A stretch of DNA of 64,000 bases from Waterburya sp. (GTDB taxonomy: Bacteria; Cyanobacteriota; Cyanobacteriia; Cyanobacteriales; Xenococcaceae), in the NCBI GenBank assembly GCA_965217895.1, contig CBDCJV010000002.1:4704001-4768000 (forward strand), read 5' to 3'. The translations under genes were made by a program, and so were the position numbers. Positions 1-10,156 of this stretch are shown in pieces. The notes under the pieces were generated by a model that saw only the letters and a program-made list of their open reading frames with translations, was not told the origin of the DNA and ran no database searches. The first letter of the stretch is position 1; the number at the start of each line of letters is the position of its first letter.

Positions 1-142
1 GTTTTTTTGCGGGGTATTAAACAGACAATCAATTATGAGTAAATAAAATTTTGCTCTGGCAATTATGAAAAATATAGCCTCTGACAAATCAGCATCAGCA
101 AAAATAAAACCCTTACCTAATAATCTATTTATTCACAGATTG

Positions 143-185
143 ACGGGTGGAAACGCTCCCTAAACTGGAGCTTGTTCCACGCCCG
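143..185. repeat. GC-rich hairpin with CTAAAC (GTTTAG) loop; small dispersed palindromic repeat
   Basis: acgggtggaa-acgctcc-ctaaact-ggagc-ttg-ttccacgcccgt folds into an imperfect stem; the same loop occurs at ~14627-14646 and ~55840-55860. Confidence 0.5.
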
Positions 186-828
186 TGTTGATTAGTGCGT
201 AACATTAAGTTGAATAATTATATGGAATCCAAGAAAGAATGATACAAATAAACATTCACCCAGTCATCCAGTCACGCAAATAATCATGATTTAGCAAACA
301 TTTAGGTATTTCATATTAGCTTGGGACAATTTAAAACCTGTAATAACACCGAGATATTAGAAAGCAAATTGTTACACGATGGTAGTAAGTAAAAATATTT
401 GGTGTTTGGAGGCTATAAAAATTGTGTCTACTAATTTGGTTGGAATTATTAATCGCTTGCTTACAAGTGTAATGCTGGTTGTTTTGCTAATTTCCTGTCA
501 AGATATGCCTAAAAACAGTGGTCATCTCGGCATTATTCAGTTGGAACGTCCAGTAAATTAACCATAAAAACTAGTCAGGAAAATTTTTAATTTTATTTTG
601 TTAAGTTACTTTGGCTTGTTCTAGCTCAACTAGTGTCGCTTCATCAAACTATAAAAAACTTGATTAATTATGAAAAAATTAAAAGTTCAAAATAGAAGCT
701 AAAATCCACGAAACTAATTCGCTTCAGACAAAAGTTATTAAATGCAGATAAAGGGTATACCGTTATAAGGTGCAAGAGACTATACAATTAATCGCTAGCA
801 GTATAAGTTAGGCGAAAGACAGAGTATT

Positions 829-3800
829 ATGCCCCGTCGTAGCGATATCCATAAAATTTTACTTCTTGGTTCAGGTCCCATTGTTATCGGACAAGCCTGT
901 GAATTTGACTATTCTGGAACCCAAGCTTGTAAAGCCTTGAGAGAAGAAGGCTATGAAGTAGTTTTGGTCAACTCCAATCCTGCTTCGATTATGACCGATC
1001 CAGAAATGGCAAACCGTACCTACATTGAACCATTGACTCCTGATATGGTTGAAAAGGTAATTGCCAAAGAAAAACCAGACGCTTTATTACCGACAATGGG
1101 AGGGCAAACAGCTTTAAACGTAGCAGTATCTTTGGCAAAGAGTGGAGTATTAGATAAATACAATGTCGAACTAATTGGGGCAAAACTACCTGCCATTGAA
1201 AAAGCCGAAGATCGCTTGCTGTTTAAAGAGGCGATGGCAAAGATTGGTGTGCCAATGTGTCCTTCAGGCATTGCCAATAATTTAGCAGAAGCCAAAGCGA
1301 TCGCCATAGAAATAGGCAGCTATCCTTTGATTATTCGTCCTGCCTTTACTTTGGGCGGAACAGGAGGCGGTATAGCCTACAACCAGGAGGAGTACGAGCA
1401 AATTTCCGCTTCAGGTCTTGATGCTTCGCCAATGAGTCAAATTCTAGTAGACAAGTCTCTTCTTGGTTGGAAGGAGTATGAACTAGAAGTGATGCGGGAT
1501 TTGGCAGATAACGTGGTAATTATCTGTTCGATTGAAAATATCGATCCGATGGGGGTACATACAGGAGACTCGATTACCGTTGCCCCTGCCCAAACCTTGA
1601 CTGACAAAGAATATCAGCGTTTGCGGGATTACTCTCTGGCAATTATTCGCGAAATTGGCGTAGAAACAGGAGGCTCTAATATTCAGTTTGCGATCAATCC
1701 CCTTAATGGAGAAGTGATTGTAATTGAAATGAATCCTCGCGTATCTCGTTCTTCGGCATTAGCCTCTAAGGCAACGGGTTTTCCGATCGCCAAATTTGCT
1801 GCCAAGCTAGCGGTAGGCTATACCCTAGACGAAATTTCTAACGATATTACTCAAAAAACTCCTGCATCATTTGAACCGACTATCGATTATGTAGTTACCA
1901 AAATTCCTCGCTTTGCCTTTGAAAAATTTCCTGGTACAGAACCAATTTTAACCACGCAAATGAAGTCTGTAGGGGAAGCGATGGCAATTGGCAGAACCTT
2001 TAATGAATCCTTTCAAAAAGCCCTGAGATCATTAGAAACTGGTCGCTATGGTTTTGGTTGCGATCGCCAAGAAACTCTTCCTTCTATTCCTCAAGTACGC
2101 TCAAGTCTACGTACTCCCAATCCAGAGAGAATTTTTAGCATTTATCATGGCTTCAAGCTGGGGATGACGACCGAAGAAATCCATCAGCTTACTGCTATTG
2201 ATATGTGGTTCTTGGATAAGATGCAGGAACTAATGCTAAGCGAAAAGTTTCTTAAAGGGACTTCCCTCAAAAAAATAGACTCAGAACAGATGCGCTTTGT
2301 TAAGCAGCAGGGATATAGCGATCGCCAAATTGCCTTTGCAACCAAAACTACTGAAGACGAAGTGCGAGAATATAGGAAAAAACTAGGTATTATTCCCGTG
2401 TATAAGCTAGTGGATACCTGTGCAGCAGAATTTGAGGCTTATACACCCTATTACTACTCTACTTACGAAGCGGGAGAGTCAGAAGTTACTCCTTCAGATA
2501 AATCTAAGGTAATGATCCTCGGAGGTGGCCCTAACCGCATTGGACAGGGAATTGAATTTGACTACTGCTGTTGCCATGCAGCCTATTCCCTCTCAGAAGC
2601 AGGATACGAAACCATTATGGTCAACTCCAACCCTGAGACAGTTTCTACCGACTACGATACCAGCGATCGCCTGTATTTTGAACCTTTAACCAAAGAAGAC
2701 GTACTTAATATTATCGAAGCCGAAAATCCCACGGGAATCATCGTGCAGTTCGGTGGACAGACTCCCCTTAAGTTGGCTATTCCCTTACAAAATTATTTAG
2801 AAGACGCAGCCAATCAGGCTTCCAACACTAAGATTTGGGGTACATCTCCTGATTCTATTGATGCAGCTGAAGATCGCGAACGATTTGAGCAAATATTGCG
2901 AGAACTAGATATTAAGCAGCCTCCTAATGGAATTGCTCGCAGTTACGAAGAATCCCTAAGAATTGCTAATCGGATTTCCTATCCTGTGGTGGTACGTCCT
3001 TCCTATGTCTTGGGCGGTAGGGCAATGGAAATTGTCTATTCCGATGCCGATCTCAAGCACTATATGACCTATGCGGTACAGGTAGAACCCGATCATCCAA
3101 TTTTGATTGATAAATTTTTAGAAAATGCGATCGAAGTTGATGTAGATGCTTTGTGCGACCATGGTGGCAAAGTAGTAATCGGCGGCATTATGGAACACAT
3201 TGAACAGGCTGGCATCCACTCAGGAGACTCAGCCTGTTCTATTCCCTATAACTCTTTACCTGAGTCGGCTGTAGCTACAATTCGCGACTGGACGACAAAA
3301 CTAGCCAACGCCTTAAAAGTAGTTGGGTTAATGAACATTCAGTATGCGGTCCAGGGAGAACAGGTATTTATTATTGAAGCCAATCCCCGCGCCTCCCGTA
3401 CTGTCCCCTTTGTATCTAAAGCCACGGGTGTTCCCTTGGCTAAAATTGCATCCCTAGTTATGTCTGGCAAAAGTTTAGAGTCTTTAGGTGTCACCAAAGA
3501 GACTATCCTTAAGCATATTGCGGTAAAAGAAGCTGTTTTGCCCTTTAATAAATTCTCTAATACGGATACTCTCTTAGGACCTGAAATGCGTTCAACGGGA
3601 GAAGTCATGGGCATCGATAAAGATTTTGGTAAAGCCTTTGCCAAAGCTGAAATTGGTGCAGGGGTTGATTTAGCCCTAACTGGTACGGTATTTGTTTCGA
3701 TGAATGAAAGAGACAAAAAAGCGATCATTCCTGTAGTCAAAGACTTGATCGATTTAGGCTTTAAGATACTTGCCACTGCGGGAACACAAAAATCACTGCA

Positions 3801-4077
3801 AGCCAATGGCATTGAGAATGTAGAACTAGTTTTAAAACTCCATGAAGGTCGCCCTCATGTCGTAGATTCGATTAAAAATAATCAAATTCAATTGATTATC
3901 AATACTCCCACAGGAGAAGAATCTCAAACAGATGCTCAATTAATTAGAAGGATGGCACTAGATTACAAACTACCAATTATTACAACCATTGCAGGGGCAA
4001 AAGCTACCGTAGCTGCTATTCATTCCCTAAAGTCTGAACCACTAGAGGTTAAAGCACTACAAGAATATCTGCAATAG
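829..4077 (+). CDS. carB: Carbamoyl-phosphate synthase large subunit
   Basis: 1082 aa; [18 protein letters not shown]-terminus, duplicated ATP-grasp halves ([16 protein letters not shown]), C-terminal MGS domain. Confidence 0.99.
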   Translation: MPRRSDIHKILLLGSGPIVIGQACEFDYSGTQACKALREEGYEVVLVNSNPASIMTDPEMANRTYIEPLTPDMVEKVIAKEKPDALLPTMGGQTALNVAVSLAKSGVLDKYNVELIGAKLPAIEKAEDRLLFKEAMAKIGVPMCPSGIANNLAEAKAIAIEIGSYPLIIRPAFTLGGTGGGIAYNQEEYEQISASGLDASPMSQILVDKSLLGWKEYELEVMRDLADNVVIICSIENIDPMGVHTGDSITVAPAQTLTDKEYQRLRDYSLAIIREIGVETGGSNIQFAINPLNGEVIVIEMNPRVSRSSALASKATGFPIAKFAAKLAVGYTLDEISNDITQKTPASFEPTIDYVVTKIPRFAFEKFPGTEPILTTQMKSVGEAMAIGRTFNESFQKALRSLETGRYGFGCDRQETLPSIPQVRSSLRTPNPERIFSIYHGFKLGMTTEEIHQLTAIDMWFLDKMQELMLSEKFLKGTSLKKIDSEQMRFVKQQGYSDRQIAFATKTTEDEVREYRKKLGIIPVYKLVDTCAAEFEAYTPYYYSTYEAGESEVTPSDKSKVMILGGGPNRIGQGIEFDYCCCHAAYSLSEAGYETIMVNSNPETVSTDYDTSDRLYFEPLTKEDVLNIIEAENPTGIIVQFGGQTPLKLAIPLQNYLEDAANQASNTKIWGTSPDSIDAAEDRERFEQILRELDIKQPPNGIARSYEESLRIANRISYPVVVRPSYVLGGRAMEIVYSDADLKHYMTYAVQVEPDHPILIDKFLENAIEVDVDALCDHGGKVVIGGIMEHIEQAGIHSGDSACSIPYNSLPESAVATIRDWTTKLANALKVVGLMNIQYAVQGEQVFIIEANPRASRTVPFVSKATGVPLAKIASLVMSGKSLESLGVTKETILKHIAVKEAVLPFNKFSNTDTLLGPEMRSTGEVMGIDKDFGKAFAKAEIGAGVDLALTGTVFVSMNERDKKAIIPVVKDLIDLGFKILATAGTQKSLQANGIENVELVLKLHEGRPHVVDSIKNNQIQLIINTPTGEESQTDAQLIRRMALDYKLPIITTIAGAKATVAAIHSLKSEPLEVKALQEYLQ

Positions 4078-4264
4078 CTGTTTTATTTAAGTAGCTAGGA
4101 CAAATTAATTAGAAGATAGTCTCAGCAATGAGTAATAATATAAAAAAAATAGATCGTAATATCTTGCTTACACTTGTTTTACATTTAATTCCACCCACCT
4201 ACTTATACCAAGTTGTGTTCAACTATGTAACTTTACTATCTGCGCTTTCTTTTGCGTCTTTGCT

Positions 4265-4309
4265 AGGTCAGCATTCCCTTGCGCCTAACGGCGACGCGGG
4301 GTCTGACCT
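4265..4309. repeat. Small GC-rich dispersed repeat with AGGTCAG/CTGACCT ends
   Basis: Core gcattcccttgcgcctaacggcgacgcggggtc recurs, interrupted, at 14608-14791. Confidence 0.65.
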
Positions 4310-4332
4310 CTTTGCGCGAGATAATATTGTTT

Positions 4333-6696
4333 CTATGAGCGCAACTTAGTATTATTTCGTAAGTAACGGGCTAATGCAGGTAAAACAGGACAGGGTTTCT
4401 TTGGCTGTAGATTTGGTTTATCTACGCTAAAAACACTCCAGCGAAATGGACCTAAGTCGGCTGCGGACATCCATAAAAGGCGTTTTGCTCTGGTTATTGC
4501 CACATATAACAGTCGATATTCTTCTGCTTGTTTAAGCTTGACAGCTTCTTGCCAAGCTGACATCGGTTGGGGTATAGTTTGGGGCTTATCTGGGGCTATA
4601 TATTGATGATGTACCAAAGAGCGAATTTGCGCGCGAGCAACTTCAGAAAGGGTAAAGCTGCCTAAAAATTTACCTGCGTTGGGTATCCAAGGTTGTCCAG
4701 GTATAGTATCTTGGTGAAGAAAAGGGATAAATACATAGTCCCAATCTAGCCCTTTTGCCTTGTGCATGGTGATGATGGTAATTTGTCCTGGACGGGTATA
4801 GCGATCGCCATCGTCTTCTTCTACTGCCTCAAAATTTTCGGAATTGACAATCTCTTCTAAAGCTTCAATAGCTGCTTTGAGGGAACTACGTCCCGTAATT
4901 TGCTGACTAACCTTTTCTGAAAGCTTTTGCACCGTGGCTAATTCTGAACCAGTGTAGGTAAGCGTCATGCCCAAAAAGGGAATCAATTGGTAGTGGGGCA
5001 ATTCCATGCGGGCGCGCAGCAGGTTACAACAGTAGCGACGGGCTGTGATTACCTGGGGTTTTTGTTCTGGATGCAAAAGGGTAGGATAAAGAAACTGTTC
5101 GGGAGAGGTGGCAAGGGCATTAAGATCTTGAGTCGGAATAAGACTCCTTTGCTCAAGTACTTCTAAAGCAGCTTTAAGATTGTCTGGAGAATGAGGGCGA
5201 TCGATAAACTTAAGTAGTTTGAGAATTTCCCCTGGTATTTGCGAATATCTTTCACTTTCTCCTACTTCATAGATATTTATCTGGTGTTTTCTTTGTAGAT
5301 AAGCCAATTCCTCTGCCAAGAAACGCGCCTGTCGATTTTCGCGCACCAAAATTGCAGCACTGCGATCGGGATGATCCTTAAATAAAGCGATCGCCTGTTT
5401 GCCAATCAATTCTGCCGTCTGATAAACATCGTCAGGGTGAGTAATAACTACGCCACTGCCTTCTGGCTGAGGATTGGCATCTGGTTGCGGATCGTTAGGC
5501 TCAACTTCAACGATATTTTGAGGGCGAAAAGGTAATAATGGCTGATTCTCTTCTGGCTTATTATCCAACCACAGTTGATTTACCCAATGCACCACAAAAT
5601 TTGCGCTATCAATAATTATCTTGCTGCTGCGCCCCGCCTGATTCATAGTTGTCAGGCTGTTTTGCTGCTTACAGGTTTCGCAAAACCAGTTGAAGTAAAT
5701 TGGATCGGCAGGAGTAAAGGTGGAGTTGATGGCTTGATTGGGATCTCCAACCCGCACCAAATTAGGGGAGGAATTAGGTTCACCAGCATTATCAGCCAAG
5801 ATGGAAATTAGCTTTGACTGGAGGGGACTAGAATCTTGCGCCTCATCTTCAAATACGCCATAAACCTGATTTTGCCAAAGTAGCTGCATAGGCGGATATT
5901 CCAGCACCTTTAACGCTGCCAAGATTAGATCGTCATAGTCAATTAGATCTTGCGATCGCATTAGCTGCTGATATTCTTTGTATAGTCCTGCTGCAATAGT
6001 TAAAATACCATACTCGTCAGTAGCTTCCTGACTCAATTCTAATAACTGTTCTGGCAACAAACCCGAACTCTTTGCCTCCCTTACAACCGTATGAGTCAAA
6101 CTAGGCAATACCTCTGTTCGCAATACCGACTGACGACGCAATCTTTCCGTTTCTTCCCCATCAAACTGCACCCCTTCCAACAGCCTTTGATATTCAACGG
6201 GATGATTGGCGATCCATCTTTCTACCGCCCCGCGAATAATTCGATGTCCCGTATTTGGCACAACAATAGTTACGTTATCTAGATTTAGTCCCGATAGTTC
6301 TTTTCTAGAGTTAGCAATATTGAGAGCTAAACCGTGGAGAGTATGCACCGCAAAGCCTCCAGGAGGAAGCTTTAAATCTTTCAGGCGATCGCGAATCTTG
6401 CTTTTAATATTGGCTGCTGCCGAGCGAGTGTAGGTAACAACTATTAGCTGTCTTCTGCTGTGGAGCTGGTTTTGGGCTATAGCTACTGCTGCCGCCACAG
6501 ACAAACTATGAGACTTACCCGCCCCTGGTACAGCCGAAACTGCCATTTCTCCTCCTTGCCAGCTTGCTAAACCCTGTTGTCCAGTTCGCAAACTACTCCG
6601 CAATAGCTGAAGTTGCTGTTCTAACCATGGCGATCGCGCTGCTGCTTGATTAGGAATTGAGGAGTTATCAACGCTTTGCTGCTGGGAAGATAGCAT
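4333..6696 (-). CDS. UvrD/REP-family ATP-dependent helicase
   Basis: AVPGAGKS (Walker A), DEAQD, VGDPNQAI, TMHKAKGLDWD, EEYRLLYVAITRAK motifs. Confidence 0.93.
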   Translation of the reverse strand: MLSSQQQSVDNSSIPNQAAARSPWLEQQLQLLRSSLRTGQQGLASWQGGEMAVSAVPGAGKSHSLSVAAAVAIAQNQLHSRRQLIVVTYTRSAAANIKSKIRDRLKDLKLPPGGFAVHTLHGLALNIANSRKELSGLNLDNVTIVVPNTGHRIIRGAVERWIANHPVEYQRLLEGVQFDGEETERLRRQSVLRTEVLPSLTHTVVREAKSSGLLPEQLLELSQEATDEYGILTIAAGLYKEYQQLMRSQDLIDYDDLILAALKVLEYPPMQLLWQNQVYGVFEDEAQDSSPLQSKLISILADNAGEPNSSPNLVRVGDPNQAINSTFTPADPIYFNWFCETCKQQNSLTTMNQAGRSSKIIIDSANFVVHWVNQLWLDNKPEENQPLLPFRPQNIVEVEPNDPQPDANPQPEGSGVVITHPDDVYQTAELIGKQAIALFKDHPDRSAAILVRENRQARFLAEELAYLQRKHQINIYEVGESERYSQIPGEILKLLKFIDRPHSPDNLKAALEVLEQRSLIPTQDLNALATSPEQFLYPTLLHPEQKPQVITARRYCCNLLRARMELPHYQLIPFLGMTLTYTGSELATVQKLSEKVSQQITGRSSLKAAIEALEEIVNSENFEAVEEDDGDRYTRPGQITIITMHKAKGLDWDYVFIPFLHQDTIPGQPWIPNAGKFLGSFTLSEVARAQIRSLVHHQYIAPDKPQTIPQPMSAWQEAVKLKQAEEYRLLYVAITRAKRLLWMSAADLGPFRWSVFSVDKPNLQPKKPCPVLPALARYLRNNTKLRS

Positions 6697-6763
6697 TTAT
6701 TATCTCAGGAAAAGTGTAGGTTAATTTTAGCAATATTAGTATTTAAATACTGATATTGCTTTT

Positions 6764-6828
6764 CACGATCGCAGTTAATATTTAGTTACAAGTCTATTGT
6801 ATTGTTTCAATTTTGTAGATGCGATCGC
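6764..6828. repeat. Direct repeat copy 1 (52-bp near-identical core at 6777-6828, ends in HIP1)
   Basis: aatatttagttacaagtctattgtattgtttcaattttgtagatgcgatcgc matches 8982-9033 with 2 mismatches; both copies are preceded by cacgatc. Confidence 0.9.
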
Positions 6829-6878
6829 CTGAACAGAAAGCAATTAAACTATTATTTAGAGCTTTAACAAGATTTGCT

Positions 6879-7220
6879 ATGTTTTCCACAATTAAGCTAG
6901 AAGATTATTTCGAGTTTTATACTGCTAATGATATTCGTATTAAAGGACATCGTATTGGTATCCAAGATGTGCTTAATTACTATTTAGAGGGTTATACCCC
7001 AGAAGAAATTAATCTCGATTTACCTACTTTAAATCTAGAAAAAATCCACGCTACAATAACTTTCTATTTGCACAACAAATTGCAGATTGATAAATATCTT
7101 GAACGTTTAGAAAAAGATAGACGAGAAAGCTATCAAAGATTTATCACTAATCCACCTGCTGTAGCTAAGAAGGTGCAAGCTGAAAAAGCTAGGCGTAATG
7201 CCAGAAAAAGCGCACAATAA
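6879..7220 (+). CDS. DUF433-family protein, putative antitoxin
   Basis: DIRIKGHRIGIQDVL...GYTPEEI...LPTLNLEKIHATITFY pattern; stop overlaps next start (TAATG); ATG at 6879 preferred over the track start 6819. Confidence 0.85.
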   Translation: MFSTIKLEDYFEFYTANDIRIKGHRIGIQDVLNYYLEGYTPEEINLDLPTLNLEKIHATITFYLHNKLQIDKYLERLEKDRRESYQRFITNPPAVAKKVQAEKARRNARKSAQ

Positions 7221-7579
7221 TGAAACCATGCTTTCTGCTGGATGAAAATCTGTCGCCCCGCCTCAAGCTAGCAATATTACGTCTCAACTCTAAAATAGAC
7301 ATTTTGCGTGTAGGAGATTCAGGCGCACCAGATTCGGGTACTTTAGATCCAGATATATTAATTTATTTACAGCAGTCGCAACGTATACTGTTGACGGATA
7401 ATCGTAAAAGTATGCCAGAGCATTTGAACGATCATTGGGCTAAGAATCAATACATCTGGGGCTTGTTTTAGCTTAAGCCCAAAGCAACAGTTAGAGAATT
7501 AGCAGAAGAAGTAGTATTAATTTGGGAAACAACAGAAGCAGAAGAATGGAAAGATCGGCTTGTCTGGATTCCACTATAA
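7220..7579 (+). pseudogene. DUF5615 PIN-like toxin with premature TAG at 7469-7471
   Basis: FLLDENLSP...GTLDPDIL...ILLTDNRKSM; the frame continues after TAG as LKPKATVRELAEEVVLIWETTEAEEWKDRLVWIPL* to TAA at 7577-7579 (119 codons); the TAG probably derives from TGG. Confidence 0.85.
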
Positions 7580-7581
7580 AA

Positions 7582-7610
7582 GCGATGCCTTCGGCTAGCT
7601 TCGCAACCGC
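7582..7610. mobile_element. HIP1 site split by a 21-nt insertion (SDR5-like)
   Basis: GCGAT-[gccttcggctagcttcgcaac]-CGC; removing 7587-7607 restores GCGATCGC. Confidence 0.6.
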
Positions 7611-7812
7611 TTTTCTTTTCGGCATTGCGATCGCAACACCACCAATCAACATCGCCATAACACAAAACAATATTTCACAAAATTGTCTAAAAGGCGATCG
7701 CTCTCTTTAATATAATAGCTTTGAAAAAGTGCGATCGCATCACCAATAGATTGCACTTGAGAACAACTAAAAAGATTAAACTAGAACGTGTCGGCTACAG
7801 TGAAACGATTAT

Positions 7813-8019
7813 ATGAATACTCAGCTTGTCGAATCTATATATCAGGTTATTCAATCTCTTTCAGACGAAGAGCGATCGCTTTTAGAAGAAAAACTGTATA
7901 CAGATCTGCCTTATCCTTCTCAACAGGAAATGATTGCTTTGGCTGAAGCGAGTAATGTCTTTAATTTTCTTCGCGATGAACCAGACCTTTATAGTTTAGA
8001 GGATGGAGAACCTGTTTAA
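7813..8019 (+). CDS. Small acidic putative antitoxin
   Basis: 68 aa ending FNFLRDEPDLYSLEDGEPV; coupled by TAATG overlap to a PemK-like toxin. Confidence 0.75.
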   Translation: MNTQLVESIYQVIQSLSDEERSLLEEKLYTDLPYPSQQEMIALAEASNVFNFLRDEPDLYSLEDGEPV

Positions 8020-8366
8020 TGGTTCTGAGCAAAAGCGACATTGTATTAGTTCAATTTCCATTCAGCGATCTCAGTCAAACAAAACTGCGTCCAGCTTTAA
8101 TATTGGCAGTCAGTTCGAGCATTGATGAAATTACGTTATGTTTTATTTCTTCTCAAAAAGTTCAAAGATTAAGTCCTGACGAATTTGCAATTTTTAAATC
8201 TGATGATGAATTTTTACAAACAGGATTAAAAACAAATTCAAAAGTTAGAGTTACTAGAATTATTACTCTCGAACGTAAGTTGATAATTAGAAAAATTGGT
8301 AAGTTAGGCGAAAAGCAGATCGACAATCTAAATCAGACTTTAATAGAAGCGTTTAATTTAAATTAA
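8019..8366 (+). CDS. PemK/MazF-family toxin
   Basis: DIVLVQFPFSDLSQTKLRPALIL...TGLKTNSKVRVTRIITL...KIGKL. Confidence 0.9.
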   Translation: MVLSKSDIVLVQFPFSDLSQTKLRPALILAVSSSIDEITLCFISSQKVQRLSPDEFAIFKSDDEFLQTGLKTNSKVRVTRIITLERKLIIRKIGKLGEKQIDNLNQTLIEAFNLN

Positions 8367-8425
8367 AACGATCGCTTTCCTTTAGCCTCTTTGAAAAAAG
8401 GCGATCGCAATAATGTTTATAAATC

Positions 8426-8560
8426 GGCGTTGCACAACTAGAATATGATTTAGGCGATGATTACTTTTTCCTGAATTTTAAAAAGCTTAAAGCCTATAGC
8501 TTAGAGCTTATAGCTACGAACCGTAACACTGGATATGTCATCCTTTAAATTAGCAACGCC
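8426..8560. mobile_element. MITE, 135 bp, GGCGTTGC/GCAACGCC termini, 8-bp target duplication TATAAATC
   Basis: TATAAATC at 8418-8425 and 8561-8568 flank the inverted termini; internal heptamer repeats (tatagct-like). Confidence 0.85.
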
Positions 8561-8754
8561 TATAAATCAATTGCGTCAGATACTTGTTTGGCTATTTTAG
8601 GATGCAGTATTTTTCCAGAGTAAAAAGGAATCACAACTCTAATCTCATCTTTACGATATATTCATTGACTCCCCTTACTGCGAATCAATGAAAAACCTGC
8701 ATCAAGTAACAGCTTTTCAGCTTCTTTGGCTGTCAACCTCGGTAATTTAGGCAA
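8560..8754 (-). pseudogene. hicA: HicA-family toxin, nonsense-inactivated
   Basis: TTG start overlapping the hicB stop; reads MPKLPRLTAKEAEKLLLDAGFSLIRSKGSQ*IYRKDEIRVVIPFYSGKILHPKIAKQVSDAIDL*; TGA at 8662-8664 and GSH changed to GSQ; absent from the ORF track. Confidence 0.85.
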
Positions 8755-8971
8755 CTGATACCTCTAAAGTCATTGTTGTCACCTTTTTCAGAAGAAGTTC
8801 TCGTTTTTCACTTGCCGATAAAGTTTCTAGATACAGTTCGACTGCTTCTTGAATATTATTTTGTACTTCCTCCAGGGTGTCTCCCTGACTCTGACATCCT
8901 TTTAATTCTGGACAATAGGCATAAAAACCGTCTTCGTCTTCTTCGATGATGATATTTAGTTTGTAGGACAC
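8747..8971 (-). CDS. hicB: HicB-family antitoxin
   Basis: IIEEDEDGFYAYCPELKGCQSQGDTLEEVQNNIQEAVELYLE; GTG start. Confidence 0.9.
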   Translation of the reverse strand: MSYKLNIIIEEDEDGFYAYCPELKGCQSQGDTLEEVQNNIQEAVELYLETLSASEKRELLLKKVTTMTLEVSVA

Positions 8972-9033
8972 GATCTCTTTAAATATTTAGTTACAAATTT
9001 ATTGTATTGTTTCAATTTTGTAGATGCGATCGC
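8969..9033. repeat. Direct repeat copy 2 (hicB upstream region, ends in HIP1)
   Basis: Matches 6764-6828. Confidence 0.9.
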
Positions 9034-9063
9034 TTTTATTCACAAATCTTCTAATTTATTAAA

Positions 9064-10156
9064 TTATTTAATATAAAAAGATTTCCAATTACCGTGTTGA
9101 ATTTGATCGTATCCTCTGCTTTTGATGAATTCATCAAATTTATTATTACCAACTGAAGGAAATTCTAACTGAATTTGTTCTCTAATATTTTCTAATAAAT
9201 CGTTTCCTAGTAAGAGATGATGTTTTCCTGTTAAAGCTCTATTATACCAATCTGATAATTCTTCGATGGTAATTATACTTTGAATCCGCGATCGCCATCC
9301 TATCTGAGTTAATAAGGAACTGATAATCTTTGCTTCAGCATTTTTACAAATAATTACAATTTTGTTAGCTGTAATTGTTGTGGCTATTCCTTCTGCCATT
9401 TCTTCAGATAAATTTAGATGTTTGACTTGTACTACAGCACCAAAGTTAGCGACAATATCTAATCCGCGATCGGCAGCATTAGTAACTCCTACCCGATGAA
9501 AATGCGCGTTGAAACTTAATTTTTTGCTTTTATCATTAAGTCCGATTACTTTTTTAGCAAACTCAGAAAATTCAACAAGAATTTGATTTGGATCGTCAGC
9601 GATTATTTCAACTTTGATTCCTGCATTAGCGACAATAGTTTCAAATAGTGCATATACGACAATCTCTAATATTTTATCAATCGATCTTTTTAATCCTGGT
9701 TCATTCCAAACAAAATAAACCAATAAATTCACCTAATTTAAAAGAATTGGGTTGAGAATCAAGGCAATAAATTAAAGCATTATCTAATTGAGAATACTTA
9801 TCCGAAAATGATTTGTAAATATGAGCTTCAACAATACCGTTTTCTTGCTTGTTAAAATTACCTAATATTGCTAGTAATGGTGGAGGCATAGCATTGACTT
9901 CAAACAAATTGTCTTGAAATCTCGCACTCGAAGTACAAATTCTTCCGAGAAATTTCTGAGTGATTTTATCTCTCCATTTTTTGGAGATATTTCTATAATC
10001 CTCTAATTGTTCTAAATCAATTTTTTCTTGAATTCTATGCTTACATAAAATTTCCGCAATTTGAATCGGTTTGTAAAAATGTACTCTAGATTTTGTGATT
10101 ATTAAATTAAGAGCATTTTGCGCATGGTTTATATTGTTGGAGAAACCGGTTTCCAT
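9064..10156 (-). pseudogene. HaeII-family type II restriction endonuclease, frameshifted
   Basis: SRVHFYKPIQIAEIL...TSSARFQD in ORF 9701-10156 and EPGLKRSIDKI...GVTNAADRGLDI...VQVKHL in ORF 9064-9732; removing one CAAA copy at 9707-9714 fuses them (…GLFWNEPG…, 362 aa). Confidence 0.85.

Noticed and set aside
379..561. 60-aa ORF with LLISC lipobox-like motif
   Set aside because: Short, no clear RBS or recognisable family; may be a remnant but cannot be supported
4128..4349. 73-aa ORF after carB
   Set aside because: Runs through a dispersed repeat and overlaps the helicase stop; likely spurious
6764..9033. Integron cassette array or CRISPR array
   Set aside because: No integrase, attC-like structure, regular repeat-spacer periodicity or cas genes
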